Source of the DNA: Parcubacteria group bacterium GW2011_GWA2_43_13
GTDB lineage: Bacteria > Patescibacteriota > Patescibacteriia > UBA9629 > GWA2-43-13
Length of the DNA: 64,000 bases
Assembly: GCA_000999025.1 (NCBI GenBank)
Contig: LCFM01000005.1
Span: 7,087-71,086 of the forward strand
Direction: 5' to 3'
Of this stretch, positions 1 through 9,899 are shown in pieces. Under the pieces are notes generated by a model that saw only the letters and a list, made by a program, of their open reading frames with translations, was not told where the DNA came from and made no database searches. The first letter of the stretch is position 1. Every line of letters starts with the position of its first letter. Made by a program: the position numbers and the translations under genes.

Positions 1-63
1 TTATTTTCAAGAGTAAAACCCCTTGTTAATAATTCTTTAAAAATTAAATCGTTGGTTTTCATA
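1..63 (-). CDS. hypothetical protein, N-terminal fragment (gene runs off window start)
   Basis: ATG at 63..61 opens frame MKTNDLIFKELLTRGFTLEN that continues past position 1. Not in the ORF track because it lacks a stop. Confidence 0.25.
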
Positions 64-66
64 TTT

Positions 67-240
67 TCATTTAATTAATTCCTCAATATCAACACTAAGT
101 GCTTTAGCGATTTTGCTTACTACAAAAACCGAAGGTTTTTTGATAACCCCTGTCTCGACCTTTGTTAGTGTTGTGTAGGGAACATCTGCCTTACGAGCAA
201 AATCATCTTGGGATAAACCAAGTTTTTGTCGTAGTTTCTT
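67..240 (-). CDS. XRE-family helix-turn-helix DNA-binding protein, apparently lacking a start codon (abuts tRNA-Ser)
   Basis: Minus-strand translation KKLRQKLGLSQDDFARKADVPYTTLTKVETGVIKKPSVFVVSKIAKALSVDIEELIK* is a textbook Cro/C1-type HTH. Upstream in frame there is no ATG, GTG or TTG before the frame runs into the tRNA at 248. Confidence 0.45.
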   Translation of the reverse strand, partial: KKLRQKLGLSQDDFARKADVPYTTLTKVETGVIKKPSVFVVSKIAKALSVDIEELIK

Positions 241-247
241 TATTTTT

Positions 248-337
248 TGGCGGAAGGGGAGGGATTCGAACCCTCGAAGGAGTTGCCCCCTTACGACTTT
301 TCGAGAGTCGCGCTTTCAACCGCTCAGCCACCCTTCC
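248..337 (-). tRNA. tRNA-Ser (anticodon CGA), class II with long variable arm, CCA encoded
   Basis: Reverse complement folds into a cloverleaf. Acceptor GGAAGGG/CCCTTCC, anticodon loop CTCGAAA, 18-nt variable arm, T-loop GGTTCGAATCC, terminal CCA. Confidence 0.85.
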
Positions 338-418
338 TCGTCGCGGAAAAAATATCGTGCGAGAATCAATTACGCGATCAGCATACTAAAAAAGGCGGTA
401 AAACGCAATCAAACAACA

Positions 419-446
419 TAGAGACGCCCCGACGGGGCGTCTCTAC
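419..446. repeat. family-A palindromic element copy (TAGAGACGCCCC-GA-CGGGGCGTCTCTA); likely terminator hairpin downstream of the minus-strand gene 455..2641
   Basis: Perfect inverted repeat GAGACGCCCCG/CGGGGCGTCTC. Same GAGACG...CGTCTC core as about 12 other copies in the window. Confidence 0.7.
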
Positions 447-454
447 ATATCACG

Positions 455-2641
455 CTAATCAACTCGGATTTTTCGATCTAAAAAGGGCAGGGTATTGATT
501 GGGATGGTTTGTTTTGCATCTTTTAGTTCAAGTCGGAATCGGATGGTATAAGTGCCTTTAGGCAGTCCTTTGGGCTTGAGGGTAAATTTTAATGTTGCTG
601 TTTTCCCGGGGTCAATGGTTGTGCCTTTATCAAGAGGCAGAGCCGCTACTCTTTTATCAATCCAATCAGAGGAGTCGTAAAATGGGCTGGTTTTTCCTTC
701 AGTATCCTCTACTATCAATATCAATTGTTTTTTTGCCCATTTTTGAGTGCCGGTGTTTTTTATTTTTACTTCAATATTGGTTTTTCGCCATGTATTTTTT
801 GTCGCAGGCGGCATTGAGAGCGTACCTATTTCTGCTGTGTAATCGTTTGGGATGACGTTTATCGGAAGCAACAGCGATCCGCCTGCAATAGGTTCAGGCG
901 ACCCTGTTTGAGGGATGCGTTTCAGTGTGATGAGTAGGCCGTATTCTCCTGGGTTTGCCGGCGCTTTTAATGGGATACTAAATGTCCCTTGGCTGTTTTG
1001 TCCGATCACTGTTTCCATCGGAATGAATCGTCCGTCTGCCACTGACCATGACTCATGCGCAAGTGGAGTGGGTTCTCCTTTTTCATTGGTAACAGAAAGA
1101 AAAGTGGAATTATTCCGCCATTCTCCTGTGCCGGTGTTTGCAAATGTCAGAGTAAGAGAACTTTTTTCATTCGGTTTCAGCCGATTGGGACCTGATGTTG
1201 ATTTCCATACCGCTGTGTATGTATTCTCCTGTTGTTGGGGATTTGACGTGGCGTCAGGCGCGTCTGGGATGTTTTCGGCGATTTCAATGGTTTCGCCGTC
1301 AGGATGAATATCAAGGACTTTTTGTGGCACCGATTGAATCGTATCTTTTTGCGTTAATGGGAAGAGCGTTTGGAATGTGTAATCAGATGCGATGCGAAAT
1401 TTTTTCCTTTCTGAAATCATGTATATTGAATGTGACGCGTCTTTTACTAAGAGTCCATTCTTGAGAGGTACCGGATTCCCGGGATACCCGCTGTTTATTT
1501 CTTCTGCAAACATTTCTTTTGGCGTTCTGTTTGGATAGTTGAGTTTGAGTATAATGTCATCAATAATCGGGTACTTAAATCCGTTTTGCAAAAAGAATAA
1601 TTCCCCAGTTGTTTTATTTTTTGCCACAACGCCTGTCGGGTCTACTGCTGTTTCATCAATAGGAAACCCGTCGCGATAGGGAGCGATATCTTCCGGAAGT
1701 ACGGTTTCTATTTCTTCGGGATTAAATCCGATTTTTCGTAATGCCTCGGGAGAAACGATATGCCGTTTGAAATCATCAACTAAAAGATAAATTTTTCCTG
1801 AACCACTGTCTTTTACAACAGCATAATTTGAAAATTTAATTGGGGTGCTTTCTGGATACGATGCAATAATATCAGCACTCACCTGTATTGCATCTTCAAT
1901 TCGGTTCGTTTGCAGATATGCTGTTTTTGATATGTATTTCCGGCGTTCGCCATTTTGAATTTTCCACAGTGTTCCGTCAGGATCAAGAAGCACTATTCCG
2001 TCAGGATATCTATTCCCTCCAAAGTATCGGTTCCACACTTTCCAAAAAGAATAATTGCCACCAATGCCTGAATCAGAGCCGTGATATGGTGTATAAATAT
2101 ACAGGTTTGCAGTTGCCTGATTTTGAGGAGTTACTTGGTATCCATCAGAGGTGATGGACGGGACGCCGATTTTAAAGCCGAAACGATTGGGCTGGTCTGA
2201 ATAAATACGGAACGTTGTTGCGCCGGCATCTATTTGATTGGCAATACCTCTATATTTTTCATTGCATCGTCCACCAAAACACGAATAGCCCATAGCCCAA
2301 TCAAGCGCATTTTGTGTGGCAGACGCTTTTTCTATGAGCCCTTGCTCATTCTGAAGTTTTGCCAATAAAAATTTTGGTGAAATATTCGTTTCCTGGCTTA
2401 CAAGCCAAATAATTTCTGAGACCTTTTTTATGCCATCGCTGAATGTATCGGTAATGGTTGCTAACATAGATCCTTTTTTTTCAAGAAATGTTTGGATTGC
2501 CATTTGTGAGAGTGCGTGTTTGTCAAATTGATCAAAATCGGAAATGATAAAATTTTTATTAAAAACCGCGGCGTTGACGAACGCAGGGGCAAGAGAGAGT
2601 GCGGTTATAGTAATGGCAAGACAAAAAAAACGCGACTTCAT
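455..2641 (-). CDS. large secreted hypothetical protein with N-terminal signal peptide
   Basis: 728-aa ORF. N-terminus MKSRFFCLAITITALSLAPAFVNA is a Sec signal. Rest is beta-rich and repeat-like; no catalytic motif recognised. Confidence 0.6.
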   Translation of the reverse strand: MKSRFFCLAITITALSLAPAFVNAAVFNKNFIISDFDQFDKHALSQMAIQTFLEKKGSMLATITDTFSDGIKKVSEIIWLVSQETNISPKFLLAKLQNEQGLIEKASATQNALDWAMGYSCFGGRCNEKYRGIANQIDAGATTFRIYSDQPNRFGFKIGVPSITSDGYQVTPQNQATANLYIYTPYHGSDSGIGGNYSFWKVWNRYFGGNRYPDGIVLLDPDGTLWKIQNGERRKYISKTAYLQTNRIEDAIQVSADIIASYPESTPIKFSNYAVVKDSGSGKIYLLVDDFKRHIVSPEALRKIGFNPEEIETVLPEDIAPYRDGFPIDETAVDPTGVVAKNKTTGELFFLQNGFKYPIIDDIILKLNYPNRTPKEMFAEEINSGYPGNPVPLKNGLLVKDASHSIYMISERKKFRIASDYTFQTLFPLTQKDTIQSVPQKVLDIHPDGETIEIAENIPDAPDATSNPQQQENTYTAVWKSTSGPNRLKPNEKSSLTLTFANTGTGEWRNNSTFLSVTNEKGEPTPLAHESWSVADGRFIPMETVIGQNSQGTFSIPLKAPANPGEYGLLITLKRIPQTGSPEPIAGGSLLLPINVIPNDYTAEIGTLSMPPATKNTWRKTNIEVKIKNTGTQKWAKKQLILIVEDTEGKTSPFYDSSDWIDKRVAALPLDKGTTIDPGKTATLKFTLKPKGLPKGTYTIRFRLELKDAKQTIPINTLPFLDRKIRVD

Positions 2642-2729
2642 ATCATGGATATGTATTTAAGTTTAAGTAAAGTGAGTATATCATATTTTTTTTCGTTTTC
2701 TCAACGCGCGTGTCTGCGATGCGTGGCTG

Positions 2730-3803
2730 TTATACAAGAAGATTTTCGTATTTTTGCATAACCGTTTCAATAGAGAAGTGTTCTTGTGCGTGTTTTCGCG
2801 CGAGTCCGCCCATGGTTTCCCTCCAATCAGGATGATTGAAAAGGTTAATCACTGCTTGCGCGATCATTTCGCTGTTATGAGGAGGGATAAGAATCCCATG
2901 CTTTGACGGGGTGATGATATCTCGGAGTGGAGGGATATCTGAAGCGATAACAACCCTTTGCGCGGCCATAGCTTCAATTGCTGGCTCCATTGAGGCGAAT
3001 GAATCGTCAGGGCAAAAAGCGAATACAGTAAAATGTTTCATCCAATTTTCACGATGATCTTCTGACCCGACCAATTTAATGTATTCGCGCAGTCCAAGCT
3101 GGGCAACCAGCCATAATATGCGTTGTTTTTCCGGGCCGCTTCCCACAATAACAAGTTGCATATCAGGAATCATTTCTTGTATCAAAGGGATTGCTTTGAT
3201 GATGTATTCAACCCCGCTTCGCTGGTTTAAAGGGGATGCCGTGCCAAGAATAAATCGTTGTTGCTGGTGTGTTGGGACAGAATCCAATGGCAAGGGTTGT
3301 TGTTTGATATGTATGCAGGGAGGGATTATTGAGATATTTTTTTGTCGTATGCCTGTTAACTGCTGGAGAGAAGGGAAGGGGAAGATGCTGTGGGTATTTT
3401 TTGCGTATAATGCATACAGCCATTTCAAAAGTCGCGGAATCGGTTTAGGGAATAGAATGTATGTTGGTATACCGAGCATACGCGCGCAAGGGGCGAAGAG
3501 GATGACGTCGGAACAGGTGGCGCATATCAGCGCGTGCGGAGCGTATCGGATGCGCAGTCGAATGATGCGTATGATATTGATAATAAAAAGGAGCGGGGAA
3601 AAAATGATCCAAACAAGAGAAAGAGATGATGTGAATCTGGGATTGAAAAACATTTTTTTATAGTTTTCGCCGTGATCCGCAGGAGGCGTTTTTGATAAAT
3701 ATACCAGAGCGTGATCTCGTTTTTGAAATTCACGGACTATATACTCAATGTGTTTTTCGTCCTCTTTCATGAGAGTGTCAGTTGCAAGAATAATGCAGTT
3801 CAT
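2730..3803 (-). CDS. glycosyltransferase family 4 (GT1/GT4 fold)
   Basis: C-terminal half has a GT4 signature (EAMAAQRVVIASDIPPLRDII...). Start moved to the ATG at 3803, which forms an ATGA overlap with the stop of the upstream flippase gene. The ORF-track N-terminal extension overlaps that gene. Confidence 0.7.
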   Translation of the reverse strand: MNCIILATDTLMKEDEKHIEYIVREFQKRDHALVYLSKTPPADHGENYKKMFFNPRFTSSLSLVWIIFSPLLFIINIIRIIRLRIRYAPHALICATCSDVILFAPCARMLGIPTYILFPKPIPRLLKWLYALYAKNTHSIFPFPSLQQLTGIRQKNISIIPPCIHIKQQPLPLDSVPTHQQQRFILGTASPLNQRSGVEYIIKAIPLIQEMIPDMQLVIVGSGPEKQRILWLVAQLGLREYIKLVGSEDHRENWMKHFTVFAFCPDDSFASMEPAIEAMAAQRVVIASDIPPLRDIITPSKHGILIPPHNSEMIAQAVINLFNHPDWRETMGGLARKHAQEHFSIETVMQKYENLLV

Positions 3804-5236
3804 AGATGTCGTGTTATGTTTAAAAGATGGTGCGGGATGCGCATGAGGTATATGAACGCGCAATAGAGGGTAGTATAGAGTGCGATTGTCGGGAATAAGC
3901 CAAGGCCGAGCGGTTTGAGAATAAGCGTAATGCCGATTGCTATGAGAAATATGCGCAGTGGATAGTGAAGATGAATAGCGCAGTTCGTTGTGCGTTGTAT
4001 TGTTTTCCACGAGGCAAAAGCAATGCCCGCTTCAGTGAGAATTGTGATAGTGGCCGCGGCGTAATATGAATACAGAGGAATAAAAATAAGATACGCGACA
4101 AGGGCCGACACCGCGATAATGATATACCATACAAGCATACTTTTTTGTTTATTGATACAGATAATCGTTTGCGTGAATGTGGCGCCGAGGAAAATAATCA
4201 TTGTCGCGCTCATGAGCATAACAAAGAGCGTTGAAAGAATATGAAGGTTTTGCGGTTGTGTTAGAAATTCTTTTCCCGCGACAAATTCCATAAAAGGCGA
4301 TGCGATGAGTATGGCTATGCCGATACATGGCGCGGCGATTAAGGATAATAATTGAAACGCCGCCTCGAGCAGTGCGTGGAACGATGGCGTATTACCTTCT
4401 GCCCAGTACGCGGAAAGGCGGGGGATGAATAGTCCCATAACAACAATCGGGATGGTTGTGAGCGTTTCAAGTATGCGGTATGGCACGCCGTACAAACCGA
4501 CATCGCTCATGGGTTTAAATAACGAGAGTATAATGCTGTCTGCTTTAACGTAAATGAGGGTGAAGAGGATGGACAGCGCTATGGGCCATGAAGTTTGTAT
4601 GGTACGAACGCATGCTTGTTTGCTGAAGCGCGGAATAATTGAGGTATATTTTTTTAGGAAAAAGAGATGCATGATCATGGTTGCGCATGATCCAACAATA
4701 AGAGCGACCAGGGATACAATAAGGGCAGATTGATTGTGCGTTTTGAATGCTGTAAAGACGATAACAAGCAGGAGGGTTCTGCCGATGATTTCAGCGTATG
4801 CGGAAAAATGCGTTTTAAAATGTGTTTGAAAGACAGCGCTTGAAAGTTGGGAAACGCTGTTGAATATATTAATGACTGCTGTTAGAAGAATTGCTATTTT
4901 AATGCCAAGCGCGTAGGGGAAGAATAGAATAATAAGAGGCGAGAGGAGGTACCATGCGGCACTGATTGCAATACGAGTGCCCAGTAATTCAGGAAAGTGG
5001 TTTTGGGTATCCTGATGTGGGGTGGAAAGTTCTTTAAGAGCAACGAGGTAAATACCCATATCAGCGATGATGCCGATTGATGTGACGAAAATTGTAATAA
5101 TGTGAAATTTCCCAAAATTATCAGGCCCTAACAGTCGTGTTAATACAAAAAGTGAGCATAAGCCCAATAAGGCATAGATCGCTTTACCGATAATTTGAAT
5201 TGCGCTGTGTACAGCTACTTTTTTAATAAAAGACAT
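3800..5236 (-). CDS. polysaccharide/O-antigen flippase, Wzx-like (MOP superfamily, multi-TM)
   Basis: 478-aa protein with about 12-14 predicted TM helices. N-terminus typical of Wzx/RfbX family. Adjacent to glycosyltransferase. Confidence 0.6.
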   Translation of the reverse strand: MSFIKKVAVHSAIQIIGKAIYALLGLCSLFVLTRLLGPDNFGKFHIITIFVTSIGIIADMGIYLVALKELSTPHQDTQNHFPELLGTRIAISAAWYLLSPLIILFFPYALGIKIAILLTAVINIFNSVSQLSSAVFQTHFKTHFSAYAEIIGRTLLLVIVFTAFKTHNQSALIVSLVALIVGSCATMIMHLFFLKKYTSIIPRFSKQACVRTIQTSWPIALSILFTLIYVKADSIILSLFKPMSDVGLYGVPYRILETLTTIPIVVMGLFIPRLSAYWAEGNTPSFHALLEAAFQLLSLIAAPCIGIAILIASPFMEFVAGKEFLTQPQNLHILSTLFVMLMSATMIIFLGATFTQTIICINKQKSMLVWYIIIAVSALVAYLIFIPLYSYYAAATITILTEAGIAFASWKTIQRTTNCAIHLHYPLRIFLIAIGITLILKPLGLGLFPTIALYTTLYCAFIYLMRIPHHLLNITRHL

Positions 5237-5286
5237 ATTTACTATCTATCCTAACGCAAAATGACTGTTTCACCAGTCATTGTGTG

Positions 5287-5358
5287 GGAGCGGGTAGGGG
5301 GAATCGAACCCCCATCTTCAGCTTGGAAAGCTGTAATAATAACCATTATACGATACCC
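5287..5358 (-). tRNA. tRNA-Gly (anticodon TCC)
   Basis: Reverse complement GCGGGTA...TACCCGC acceptor, anticodon loop TTTCCAA, T-loop GGTTCGATTCC. CCA not encoded. Confidence 0.8.
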
Positions 5359-5475
5359 GCGTGTCTGTGCCAAAGGCACGGGAAATTCGAAATTCTAAAT
5401 CTGAAACTCAAAACAGATTTTATATTCAAAGTACTGATATAGTAGCAAAAGAGGCCATTTTGTAAAGTCAAAAAA

Positions 5476-5512
5476 ACAACACGTATAATATACAACGTGT
5501 TGTTTTCTGTTG
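5476..5512. terminator. bidirectional rho-independent terminator hairpin
   Basis: AACAACACGT-ATAATATAC-AACGTGTTGTT perfect stem flanked by an A-run and a T-run, immediately downstream of the minus-strand gene ending at 5533. Confidence 0.6.
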
Positions 5513-5532
5513 TATGATTAGAGAAAGGGATT

Positions 5533-5760
5533 TTATGACATTTTAGGAGCAACTGGTTTATCTGAACAGCAATGTTTTATAGTCAGAAGAACATACAGCG
5601 CTGAAATTCCAACAAGAATGTAGACGATTGTAGCTAAAACAGGGATTTTCCCGAAAATAATATTAACAATGTCATTTTTGGTAATGCCGTACAGCCCCCA
5701 GTTGAGGCCGCCTATAATGACGAGTATCCACGCAATCATGTCAATTGGATTTTTTTTCAT
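5533..5760 (-). CDS. DUF378-family small membrane protein
   Basis: MKKNPIDMIAWILVIIGGLNWGLYG... is the characteristic DUF378 motif. Start taken at the internal ATG 5760, preceded by AAGGAGGTGA RBS. Confidence 0.65.
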   Translation of the reverse strand: MKKNPIDMIAWILVIIGGLNWGLYGITKNDIVNIIFGKIPVLATIVYILVGISALYVLLTIKHCCSDKPVAPKMS

Positions 5761-5939
5761 ACTATCACCTCCTTTCAATTAAGGTGTATATTAATGGGGC
5801 GCCTCCCTTTTTATAAGTATACCATAGTTTGATATTAAATTTACATGAGAATTTATTCCTCTTGTCATAAAAGCGATTTTTTGGTAGCATACGAAGCGTG
5901 TTTTGAGATATTTTATGATTGCAGGATATAGGTTACTCT

Positions 5940-6013
5940 GGGCGTATAGCTCAGCTGGTTAGAGCGCGTCACTGATAATGACGAGGTCCATGGTTCGAGT
6001 CCATGTACGCCCA
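5940..6013 (+). tRNA. tRNA-Ile (anticodon GAT)
   Basis: GGGCGTATAGCTCAGCTGGTTAGAGC..., anticodon loop CTGATAA, T-loop GGTTCGAGTCC. Confidence 0.85.
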
Positions 6014-6127
6014 GAGTGATAGTGTATTGTTGCATGTGATCTCTTTCGATGAGCACCCAAGTAGTTCCCAAAAGAGATTCCTTGTAAATGCCGATATAGA
6101 GGTTCAAGTGGTGATCATGAAATAAAT

Positions 6128-6202
6128 GCCGGGATAGCTCAGTGGTAGAGCGAAGGCCTGAAGAGCCTTGCGTCGTCAGTTCGATCCTGACTCCCGGCAC
6201 CA
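6128..6202 (+). tRNA. tRNA-Phe (anticodon GAA), CCA encoded
   Basis: GCCGGGATAGCTCAGTGGTAGAGC..., anticodon loop CTGAAGA, T-loop AGTTCGATCCTGA. Confidence 0.85.
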
Positions 6203-6226
6203 ATCTTGAGAGCTATCACAATCAAT

Positions 6227-6303
6227 CGGGCTGTAGCGCAGTTGGCTAGCGCACCTGATTTGGGATCAGGGGGTCGTGGGTTCGAGTCCCACCAGCCCGA
6301 CCA
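6227..6303 (+). tRNA. tRNA-Pro (anticodon TGG), CCA encoded
   Basis: CGGGCTGTAGCGCAGTTGGCTAGCGC..., anticodon loop TTTGGGA, T-loop GGTTCGAGTCC. Confidence 0.85.
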
Positions 6304-6353
6304 ATTGAAACAAGTCACATTTTCAGAAGAAGGTACGCGCTCGCTGCGCTTGA

Positions 6354-6914
6354 TTGGAGAAGAATATGGCATGTGTCCTTGCAATGTGTGGAGTTCCGTG
6401 TAGTGGGAAGACGTCTTTGGGACGCATTCTTGAGCAACGCATGGGGTGGCTCTTTTTAGATATTGATGAGATTGCTCGGCAAAACGGTCTGCAACTAATT
6501 ATAGATCCGAGTAACTCTGCCGATGCAACCCTTCGGGACAGAATACGGATGGATAACGTGTATGATTTGTTACACATTCGTGTAGCGAGGGAGTTGAATC
6601 GAGGGATATCTGCGATCGTTGTTGCGACGTATTCGCGACGAGAGCGCTTTAATGCGCTTCAAGAGAACGTTGCGATCGCAGGTGGAGAGTTGAAGGTTGT
6701 ACGATGTGTCTTTACTATAACAGATGAAGAGGTTCAACGCCGACTGGAGTTGCGTGATGGTGACGGCGGATGTGTCACCATTGCGCATGTGAGGGATGTA
6801 GTCAACCGTTTCGAAGATATCGTATATCCCCAGCTTACCGTCAACACGGACACCACTGAGTCGGTTGACACGATAGTTGATACGATTCTTGAATATATGA
6901 AGGTACAACGATGA
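6354..6914 (+). CDS. P-loop NTPase / small-molecule kinase-like ATP-binding protein
   Basis: Walker A GVPCSGKTS near the N-terminus, size about 180 aa. Slightly higher GC than surroundings and sits directly after a tRNA cluster. True start may be the ATG at 6366. Confidence 0.5.
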   Translation: MEKNMACVLAMCGVPCSGKTSLGRILEQRMGWLFLDIDEIARQNGLQLIIDPSNSADATLRDRIRMDNVYDLLHIRVARELNRGISAIVVATYSRRERFNALQENVAIAGGELKVVRCVFTITDEEVQRRLELRDGDGGCVTIAHVRDVVNRFEDIVYPQLTVNTDTTESVDTIVDTILEYMKVQR

Positions 6915-7068
6915 GTTGTACTTTTTTTTAAAAAAATAAAGGCGGTGTGTCTTTGACTGCCAGTATGTAAATTGCTACTATTACTCTATTGAATTATATT
7001 TATTATAGATGTGATTTTTTAAGAAATATTTAGAAGGAGAATGTTAAGAAGCCATTCTAATAATACAT

Positions 7069-8718
7069 ATGCGTTTTGATGATACAAAAATAACAGAAAT
7101 GCTGGTGCGTGAAAATTATGTGACAAAGGAAGATATTGTTCGCGCTGAAAAATCTGCGAAAACGGCCAGAAGTTCAATCATAGAACAGTTGCTTATCAGC
7201 GGATTGGTAACAAAGGATTTGATTGGTCAAGCAGTGGCTGAATCATTTGGTGTTTTGTATGCTGATTTAAATTCCAATCAGCCGATCTGCGAACAGATAA
7301 TGAAAATTCCCGAAGAAACTGCAAGAAAATGTAAGGTTGTGCTTTTTGCTGAAAATAAAAAAGGAATAACAGTTGCTACTGATAATCCTTCTCAAAAAGA
7401 ACTTCGCGCGATACTGCAAGTAATCTTCCCGAAGCAAAAGATTACCATTGCGTATTCGTTGTTAGATGATATTGAGGCATGCTTTAGTTATTATCGAAAA
7501 TCGCTTGAGACCAGATTTTCTAAAATCATTGAAACACAAACGCGCGTGGCGCCGGAAATTATTGAACAAATCATAGCAGATGCCCAGTCATTTCACGCTT
7601 CAGATATTCATTTTGAACCACAGGGCAAGGAGGTGCTGGTCAGGTTTCGAGTAGATGGCGTTTTACAGGAAGCCGGTCGTATCCCGCGCGAGCATTATGA
7701 AAATATTTTAAATCGCATCAAGGTGCAAAGTAGAATGCGCATTGATGAGCATTTTACAGCCCAAGATGGCGCGATGCGACATGATAAAGATGGCACTATT
7801 GTGGACATGAGAGTATCAGTCGTTCCTACTGTTGAAGGCGAGAAAATTGCGCTTCGTATCCTTGCTTCGTATATTCAGGGATTGAGCTTGGCTGACTTGG
7901 GCATTTCTCACGCACATCAATCCATACTCGAAGAAGCCGTCAAAAAACCATTTGGCATGATACTTGTTACCGGTCCAACCGGATCGGGAAAAACCACCAC
8001 GCTGTACGCGTTTTTGAAAATTTTGAATCAGCCGGATGTGAATATTATGACTATTGAGGATCCTGTGGAATATAAGATGTTGGGAGTCAATCAAATTCAA
8101 GTCAACCCGGAGACGAATTTAGTATTTGCGCGTGGGTTGCGTTCTATTGTGCGTCAAGATCCTGATGTTATTTTGGTCGGGGAGATTCGTGACGAGGAAA
8201 CCGCGGAAATAGCTGTAAATGCCGCGCTGACCGGTCATCTTTTACTTTCAACATTTCACGCGAACGATGCGGCAACCACTATTCCGCGTCTTTTGGATAT
8301 GAATATTGAACCGTTCCTTCTTGCCTCCACACTTGAGGTTATCGTAGCTCAACGGTTGGTAAGAAAAATTTGCGAACAATGCCGTCATAGTACAACAGTT
8401 GCCCCTTCCAATCTTGTGATGCCGCCGAAGGTGGCGAGTAAGTTTTTTGGGAAAAAAGCAGTTATCTTATATCAGGGAAAGGGGTGCCCGATGTGTGGAG
8501 GAACTGGCTACAAAGGAAGGATAGCTCTTTTTGAATGTATTCAGGTAACTCCTGAAATGCAGGATTTAATTTTAACACGACCGTCTACTCAAGAGATATG
8601 GCGTTTAGCTTGCGAACAGGGGGTTGTCTCTCTTTTTGAAGATGGCATTGAAAAAGTGAAAAATGGCATAACCACACTTGAAGAGCTCAAACGGGTAGCA
8701 GAGGTTCCCAAGCTCTGA
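7069..8718 (+). CDS. pilB: type IV pilus assembly ATPase PilB / GspE family
   Basis: Walker A GPTGSGKTT, Asp/His boxes, C-terminal tetracysteine CEQC...CPMCGGTGYKGR zinc motif, GspE N-domain. Confidence 0.9.
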   Translation: MRFDDTKITEMLVRENYVTKEDIVRAEKSAKTARSSIIEQLLISGLVTKDLIGQAVAESFGVLYADLNSNQPICEQIMKIPEETARKCKVVLFAENKKGITVATDNPSQKELRAILQVIFPKQKITIAYSLLDDIEACFSYYRKSLETRFSKIIETQTRVAPEIIEQIIADAQSFHASDIHFEPQGKEVLVRFRVDGVLQEAGRIPREHYENILNRIKVQSRMRIDEHFTAQDGAMRHDKDGTIVDMRVSVVPTVEGEKIALRILASYIQGLSLADLGISHAHQSILEEAVKKPFGMILVTGPTGSGKTTTLYAFLKILNQPDVNIMTIEDPVEYKMLGVNQIQVNPETNLVFARGLRSIVRQDPDVILVGEIRDEETAEIAVNAALTGHLLLSTFHANDAATTIPRLLDMNIEPFLLASTLEVIVAQRLVRKICEQCRHSTTVAPSNLVMPPKVASKFFGKKAVILYQGKGCPMCGGTGYKGRIALFECIQVTPEMQDLILTRPSTQEIWRLACEQGVVSLFEDGIEKVKNGITTLEELKRVAEVPKL

Positions 8719-8760
8719 TGTATTGTGTGAAATGTTTCTTGTAAAAAAAGACATTGCGCT

Positions 8761-9858
8761 ATGGAACGTCGCAAAGTAAAAAAACACACATCACGGATCG
8801 CTACTTTCGGATTGCGCTCTGATCGTGATTATTGTATTGAAAATTTAAGCATGCTTGTTTCCTCCGGCATGACAATATTGGATGCCTTTGATGCGGTTTC
8901 TGCTGATCTTCGTTCAAGGAGAATGAAGTGGATTGTGAGTGTTATGAAAGAAGGGATCGAGTCCGGCTCTCCATTGTGGAGAGTTTTAGATAGCGCGCGC
9001 CTGTTTCCCGAACATACCATTTCCCTTGTACGCATAGGAGAAGAGTCGGGAAAACTTTCGGAAAATTTGCGTGTCATTAGCTTACAGCAGGCAAAGGAGC
9101 GTGTTTTTCGATCAAAAATTCAATCAGCCATGATGTATCCGATGTTTGTCCTTTTACTCACAGTTGTTATTGGCATTGGTATAGCATGGTTTGTCTTGCC
9201 TAAACTTGCTATCGTGTTTTCTCAATTGCATGTGCAATTGCCATTGATTACTAAAATACTCATACAGGGCGGTAAATTTTTGAATGAGCGTGGAGTGGTT
9301 GTTGTGCCAATAATCATTGCAAGTTTTGTGTTTTTTTTATGTGTCTTTTTTTATTTCCCAAAAACAAAAAGGATTGGTCAATCTTTGCTCTTTTCCGTGC
9401 CGGGTATTAAGCGGCTTATTCAAGAAGTTGAGATAGCTCGGTTTGGTTATCTTTTAGGAACGCTTCTTCAGGCAGGTGTTATTATTACTCAATCCATATC
9501 TTCGCTTTCTCAAGCAACCGCATTCCCGCGCTATAAAAAATTTTATGAATACCTTGAGCGCAGTATTGAAGATGGAAATTCATTCCAAAAGAGCTTTGCG
9601 CAGTATCGCGCAGTGAATCGTCTTATTCCGACTCCGATTCAACAGTTGATTGTTACGGCAGAGCGATCTGGTAATCTATCGGAAACACTTTTGTCTGTGA
9701 GTGAAACGTTTGAAGGAAAAACAGAAACGACTACGAAAAATCTTACTGTTATTCTTGAGCCGATTTTGCTTGTGATCGTTTGGCTTGGGGTTGTTGCGGT
9801 TGCTTTGGCGGTTATTTTGCCAATCTACGGTCTCATTGGCGGATTTAAAACGCAGTGA
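8761..9858 (+). CDS. pilC: type IV pilus inner-membrane platform protein PilC / GspF family
   Basis: 365 aa with two T2SSF-like repeats and 3 TM segments. Immediately downstream of pilB. Confidence 0.85.
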   Translation: MERRKVKKHTSRIATFGLRSDRDYCIENLSMLVSSGMTILDAFDAVSADLRSRRMKWIVSVMKEGIESGSPLWRVLDSARLFPEHTISLVRIGEESGKLSENLRVISLQQAKERVFRSKIQSAMMYPMFVLLLTVVIGIGIAWFVLPKLAIVFSQLHVQLPLITKILIQGGKFLNERGVVVVPIIIASFVFFLCVFFYFPKTKRIGQSLLFSVPGIKRLIQEVEIARFGYLLGTLLQAGVIITQSISSLSQATAFPRYKKFYEYLERSIEDGNSFQKSFAQYRAVNRLIPTPIQQLIVTAERSGNLSETLLSVSETFEGKTETTTKNLTVILEPILLVIVWLGVVAVALAVILPIYGLIGGFKTQ

Positions 9859-9899
9859 TTTAGCTTGTAGCTTCTTCGTTCATCCTTAAAAAGTGCGCT

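Noticed and set aside
3079-3663. 194-aa plus-strand ORF
   Set aside because: Antisense to the GT4 gene. No motifs.
3804-4010. N-terminal extension of the glycosyltransferase ORF (2730..4010)
   Set aside because: It overlaps the 3-prime end of the flippase gene. The ATG at 3803 forms a typical ATGA overlap.
5913-6403. Track ORFs 5913..6203(-), 6139..6384(-) and 6206..6403(+)
   Set aside because: They lie on top of the tRNA-Ile, tRNA-Phe and tRNA-Pro genes and translate tRNA sequence. No RBS or motifs.
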